A stretch of 64,000 nucleotides of DNA from Owenia fusiformis (lineage: Eukaryota): assembly GCA_903813345.2 (NCBI GenBank), contig CAIIXF020000001.1:7688001-7752000 (forward strand), given 5' to 3'. Every line of letters begins with the position of its first letter. Positions within the stretch are counted from its first letter, which is position 1. Under the pieces are notes generated by a model. It saw nothing but the letters and a program-made list of their open reading frames with translations. It was not told the DNA's origin and ran no database searches. The position numbers and the translations under genes are program-made. This document shows positions 60,822-64,000 of the stretch, in pieces.

Positions 60822-61520
60822 ATGGAAAGCAGAACTTACAGCTTGAAGATAAATGTAACTGAGGAACAGAGGTTAGTGATAGAATCCCTATATGATCACT
60901 ATGACTGGAACTTTGACCCCATTGAGGACAGCTACAAGAACAGTAGGTTGAATAATACAGAAAAAACAGTAAATGTGAATAGAAGAAAAGCAGCAAAGAG
61001 GAAAACATCAGCTAGTATCTCTTCAGAAACAGTAGCAATTTGTTCTTTAGAAACAGTAGCCACTGATTCTTCAACAGAAGACGAAAGTCAAGCAAGTCAG
61101 TCAATCAGCATTTTGACTGGTATGATACCACAACATGTATCTACAGAGCCTCCGCAGCCTCCTAACAATGATTCCCCTAGTTCTAATGAAGAGTCACATG
61201 ATTGTCCGCATTGTTTCTGGAACCCATGTGTTGTCAATGAAGCCAAGTATGAGCCATTTTGGAGGACAACAAATGCAACTCCATCATTGTCAAACATTAT
61301 AACAAGGAGAAAACTGTACAAGGAATTTTGGAGAATGATAAACAATCTAGGACTATGGAGACATCCTAACTATTTAACCAAAAAGGCAGCTTCCAAAAGT
61401 AGTGACAGAAGTATAATATACCATAAAAGGGAGATAATGCCCACATGTGTTGTCACACAAGTGAGAGAATGGTTCCCGAATCCACCTGGCATTGAATATA
61501 AAGGACATGTTTACCAGTGA
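60822..61520 (+). CDS. Transposon second protein (232 aa) with a P2X7-ballast/KolX-like C-terminal domain
   Basis: CPHC...PCV, RRKLYKEFW, and a terminal REIMPTCVVTQVREWFPNPPGIEYKGH resembling the LPSC...IR..FP...G.Y.GF tail of the P2RX7 C-terminal domain family. A splice acceptor at 60755 suggests a 5'-UTR intron. Confidence 0.65.
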   Translation: MESRTYSLKINVTEEQRLVIESLYDHYDWNFDPIEDSYKNSRLNNTEKTVNVNRRKAAKRKTSASISSETVAICSLETVATDSSTEDESQASQSISILTGMIPQHVSTEPPQPPNNDSPSSNEESHDCPHCFWNPCVVNEAKYEPFWRTTNATPSLSNIITRRKLYKEFWRMINNLGLWRHPNYLTKKAASKSSDRSIIYHKREIMPTCVVTQVREWFPNPPGIEYKGHVYQ

Positions 61521-61849
61521 ATGGATATAAGTTCAGCTAGACTTACACAATGAAATATTCTTATTCGGATTAATTAAATATAATAGTATACACATTAACT
61601 ATAGTAACTACTATTTGGATTATATGCTCTTATAATATTGTTTAGTGGATTATTAAATGAGAAACCAATGCATATATATGTGAGTACAAAATTTTACTGC
61701 TATGTTATTGTTTACTATTTTGGTGGCCATTTTTAAAAATCTTGTTTTGAAGGCTGTGATTGGCTCAATCGGTGTGAATTTCTATTGGTTAATGAAAACT
61801 ACTTTTTGATTGGATAACAGGACCCAGGGTCTTGGTTCTGTGTCTTTAA

Positions 61850-61922
61850 GCCTTTATAGCTCAGTCGGTAGAGCATCGGTCTTTGGATCCAAGGGTCCTA
61901 GGTTCGATTCCCACACGGGGCA
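61850..61922 (+). pseudogene. tRNA-like sequence (73 nt; degenerate stems, intact Pol III A and B boxes)
   Basis: A box TAGCTCAGTCGG (61857), B box GGTTCGATTCC (61901), perfect D-stem GCTC/GAGC. Acceptor, anticodon (TTG) and T stems are mismatched, so this is not a functional tRNA. Confidence 0.75.
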
Positions 61923-62280
61923 TTGAATTTAGCACACTTTCTTTCAATTTCTTTATCTGGCTTGTTACACTAGGCTCGTTAGTTAGACATTCCCCTGGGG
62001 CGCCATCGGGTCATTACAATAACTTACACGTAAATGTGGTGTTTGGTTTGTTATATTGATGTTGAAATGGGCACAAGATTTCGTCAATATTTTTATCAGT
62101 TCTCTGCATCGAATAAAGTCACGTGATGTGACGTAACATAAGTGAGACGCGATGATTTTTTAACTTTCATGGAACGAAAATACATTTCCCGGGAACCAAT
62201 ACATCCCAAATATTACGATTTCTTCAGCAGATTTATTATCAAAATGTAGATTACTTTATAAAACAGACGTATCTGTGTCT

Positions 62281-62505
62281 GCCCTGTCAACCCTCACGCA
62301 TTAGGCGTGATTGTCACACATTTGCCGGAAAAATAGAAATCACGCATCAGTTTAGCGTGACATTTAATATGATCAAATATCACGCAAATCACGCATTTTG
62401 TTGATATCTTTAAAAACCGTTTTTTGTAAAATGCCAATACGGTAAAATACCGAACGGCGAAAAACAGCGAACGCATTCCGTGTATATATCACGCATTTGT
62501 TTCGA
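62281..62505 (+). mobile_element. One-ended fragment of the CTGTCAAC/TCACGC MITE family seen at 47996
   Basis: GCCCTGTCAACCCTCACGCA...TTGTCACACATTTG and repeated TCACGCA motifs, similar to 47996-48260. Confidence 0.55.
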
Positions 62506-63282
62506 AAATATTTACACCTATTTTATGCAGCCGAGACTTCTCGATATTCTACGAGATCACGAACAGATTGCAGAAGAATTTTTCTTTTTGCTGCGTTTAA
62601 TTGTTTCGTTCTTATTTATTAGCCGTCATCCAGCGATGGAAACCTAATATAAAAACAAAGTTTGATACAAGGAACAAACACGTGAGGGTTTTTTATGATG
62701 TTTATTCATTTATCAGCACGTATTGTACATTGAAAAACCAGTGTGTTTTTCCGGAGTAAATCCCCCCTTTTTTGCATTGGATCTCATCTGGCCCAGATCT
62801 ACGAGTTCAGGAGTAGATAACTGGGCCAGACGGGTTTGGTTATCAGTATGGGTTGAGTGTCATATTTGGCACAATTAAGCCTGCCTTGTGCACTGTTCTT
62901 TCATTCTGTTAGTATGAATAGTATATTTCCAATGGTCATCTTCATTCTTATCTCTTGTTTCATTGTTTTAAAGGTTGTTACAGTGTACATGTCCCGGGCA
63001 TGTACATGTAGTGTAGACATAAGGCCCACAGATAAGATTCTGGTGGGATTTATGTCCAGTAGGTGTGGCACATTCTGGCTTTTGGAGCATGTTAATGGCC
63101 ATAAAATGGTGACTATTAGATATAGACCAATGAAATTTAGTAGAAGGAAACAAAAATGAGCAAGGCTAATTGTGCCAAATATGATTTTAATCCCATGCTG
63201 AATAACTGAGTTATTAACATAGATTTGTTTGGGTTACACTCTTTTGTCTCACCCTGTATACTAACTCTTGTCTTGTCTATAT

Positions 63283-63600
63283 CTAATCATGGGCTTTCTC
63301 CTGGAGGTCCAATGCTCTTATGTAGTTGTGTATTGGATGCAAATTAATGACACCACCACAATCACAATCATGATACCATCCATTTTTTATTATGTTGCAT
63401 TGTTTTTGGTCATATGTAACTACCTGTACTGTATTTAGCAGTGATTCTAATAGTGTGGACATAATCGACCCTGACTCAAATGTCTTATTCACAATTTCAT
63501 CTTCAACGTTGTCCCTGAGCTGAAAAGTAAGATATTTTTATGATATTCACAGATCCACCATGTGTCTACTTACCAGTATGCAATAGTTCCTTGGGGTTAC
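63283..63600 (-). CDS. Last two exons of an unidentified spliced gene (3'-partial view)
   Basis: A 27-nt exon 63600-63574 (tacag|...|gtaagt) and a terminal exon 63519-63283 (ttttcag|...TAG) join in frame: VTPRNYCIL-LRDNVEDEIVNKTF...WYHDCDCGG...AHD*. Product not recognised. Confidence 0.4.
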
Positions 63601-64000
63601 CTGTATTTTACAGGCGACCAGGCGACCCAGGTGGGCGCTTTTATCTTTTTCATAGGGGTGGTAGGATCAAAAACACATTCCAAAATTATTTTATTGCATG
63701 ATTATCTCTGAGATTCTGTCGTCGTGTAACTATATATGGTGGTTGGTACTTGGTGGTATACGCAATATTGTAGCAGCAAATTGGAATCTGTTCAAATAAA
63801 ACGAGAGCGATAGCGATGTATGGGTCTGGTCTACTGCGCGCTGATTGGTCAACATCAGAGACATCAGGGTCAAGTGAGGTCACCTGCTTGACCACTGAGA
63901 ACATTAAGTTTAGAGAAGATCGGGACAAACTGAGCATGGCATAAGTAAACTGAACAATATTGCAAAATATTGCACAGGATTTAAAAGGCCGAAACTGTTT

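Larger units (their letters stand above)
57828..61845. mobile_element. Kolobok-like DNA transposon, 4018 bp, two divergent ORFs
   Basis: TTAA at 57824 and 61846; short imperfect TIR AGACTCA / TGTGTCT (RR...YY termini); inverted subterminal TGAGCCAATCACA (about 58093 and 61757); encloses both ORFs. Confidence 0.7.
57572..62842. mobile_element. Non-autonomous element with ~100-bp TIRs and 10-bp TSD (Mutator-like by TSD length)
   Basis: TIR TAACCAAACC(T/C)GTCTGGCCCAGTTATCTACTCCTGA...GGATTTACTCCGGAAAAA at 57572-57671 and 62743-62842; TSD TCAGTATGAG (57562) / TCAGTATGGG (62843). Confidence 0.8.
57512..63256. mobile_element. Tc1/mariner-type MITE (TA-flanked), split by nested insertions
   Basis: TA-CAGAGTGAGCCAAAAAAGGTAACTCAAACAA... 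vs ...TTGTTTGGGTTACACTCTTTTGTCTCACCCTG-TA. The left TIR resumes at 62853 (TCATATTTGGCACAATTAAGCC), matching 63164-63186 inverted. Confidence 0.7.

Noticed and set aside
57828-61845. KolobokP-type long terminal direct repeats
   Set aside because: I see no direct repeat between 57828-58340 and 61520-61845, only short inverted motifs.
61850-61922. Functional tRNA-Gln(TTG) gene
   Set aside because: Acceptor, anticodon and T stems have several mismatches; only the promoter boxes and D arm are intact.

Overview
AT-rich animal (invertebrate-like) genomic DNA with spliceosomal introns. The window holds a 24-exon MTREX/MTR4 (SKIV2L2) nuclear-exosome helicase gene on + (4957-38186; start exon not found). 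Its introns contain an apparently intact DIRS1-type tyrosine-recombinase retrotransposon (12318-17991), a complete antisense cytochrome P450 gene (20218-25598), a 23-copy 67-bp minisatellite built from the gene's own exon end and splice donor, and Helentron-like non-autonomous elements. A decayed Gal3ST-like sulfotransferase lies just upstream. A TLCD4/TMEM56 gene (-, 41925-46390) converges on MTREX and appears head-to-head with the first exon of ALG14 (+, 57315-57456). The putative ALG14 first intron holds a four-level nest: Tc1/mariner-type MITE > ~100-bp-TIR element with 10-bp TSD > tRNA-containing LTR-like unit > 4-kb Kolobok-like transposon. The innermost element encodes a DDE transposase and a divergent second protein resembling the P2X7 'ballast' domain. 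All assignments come from manual reading and recalled motifs; no searches were run.
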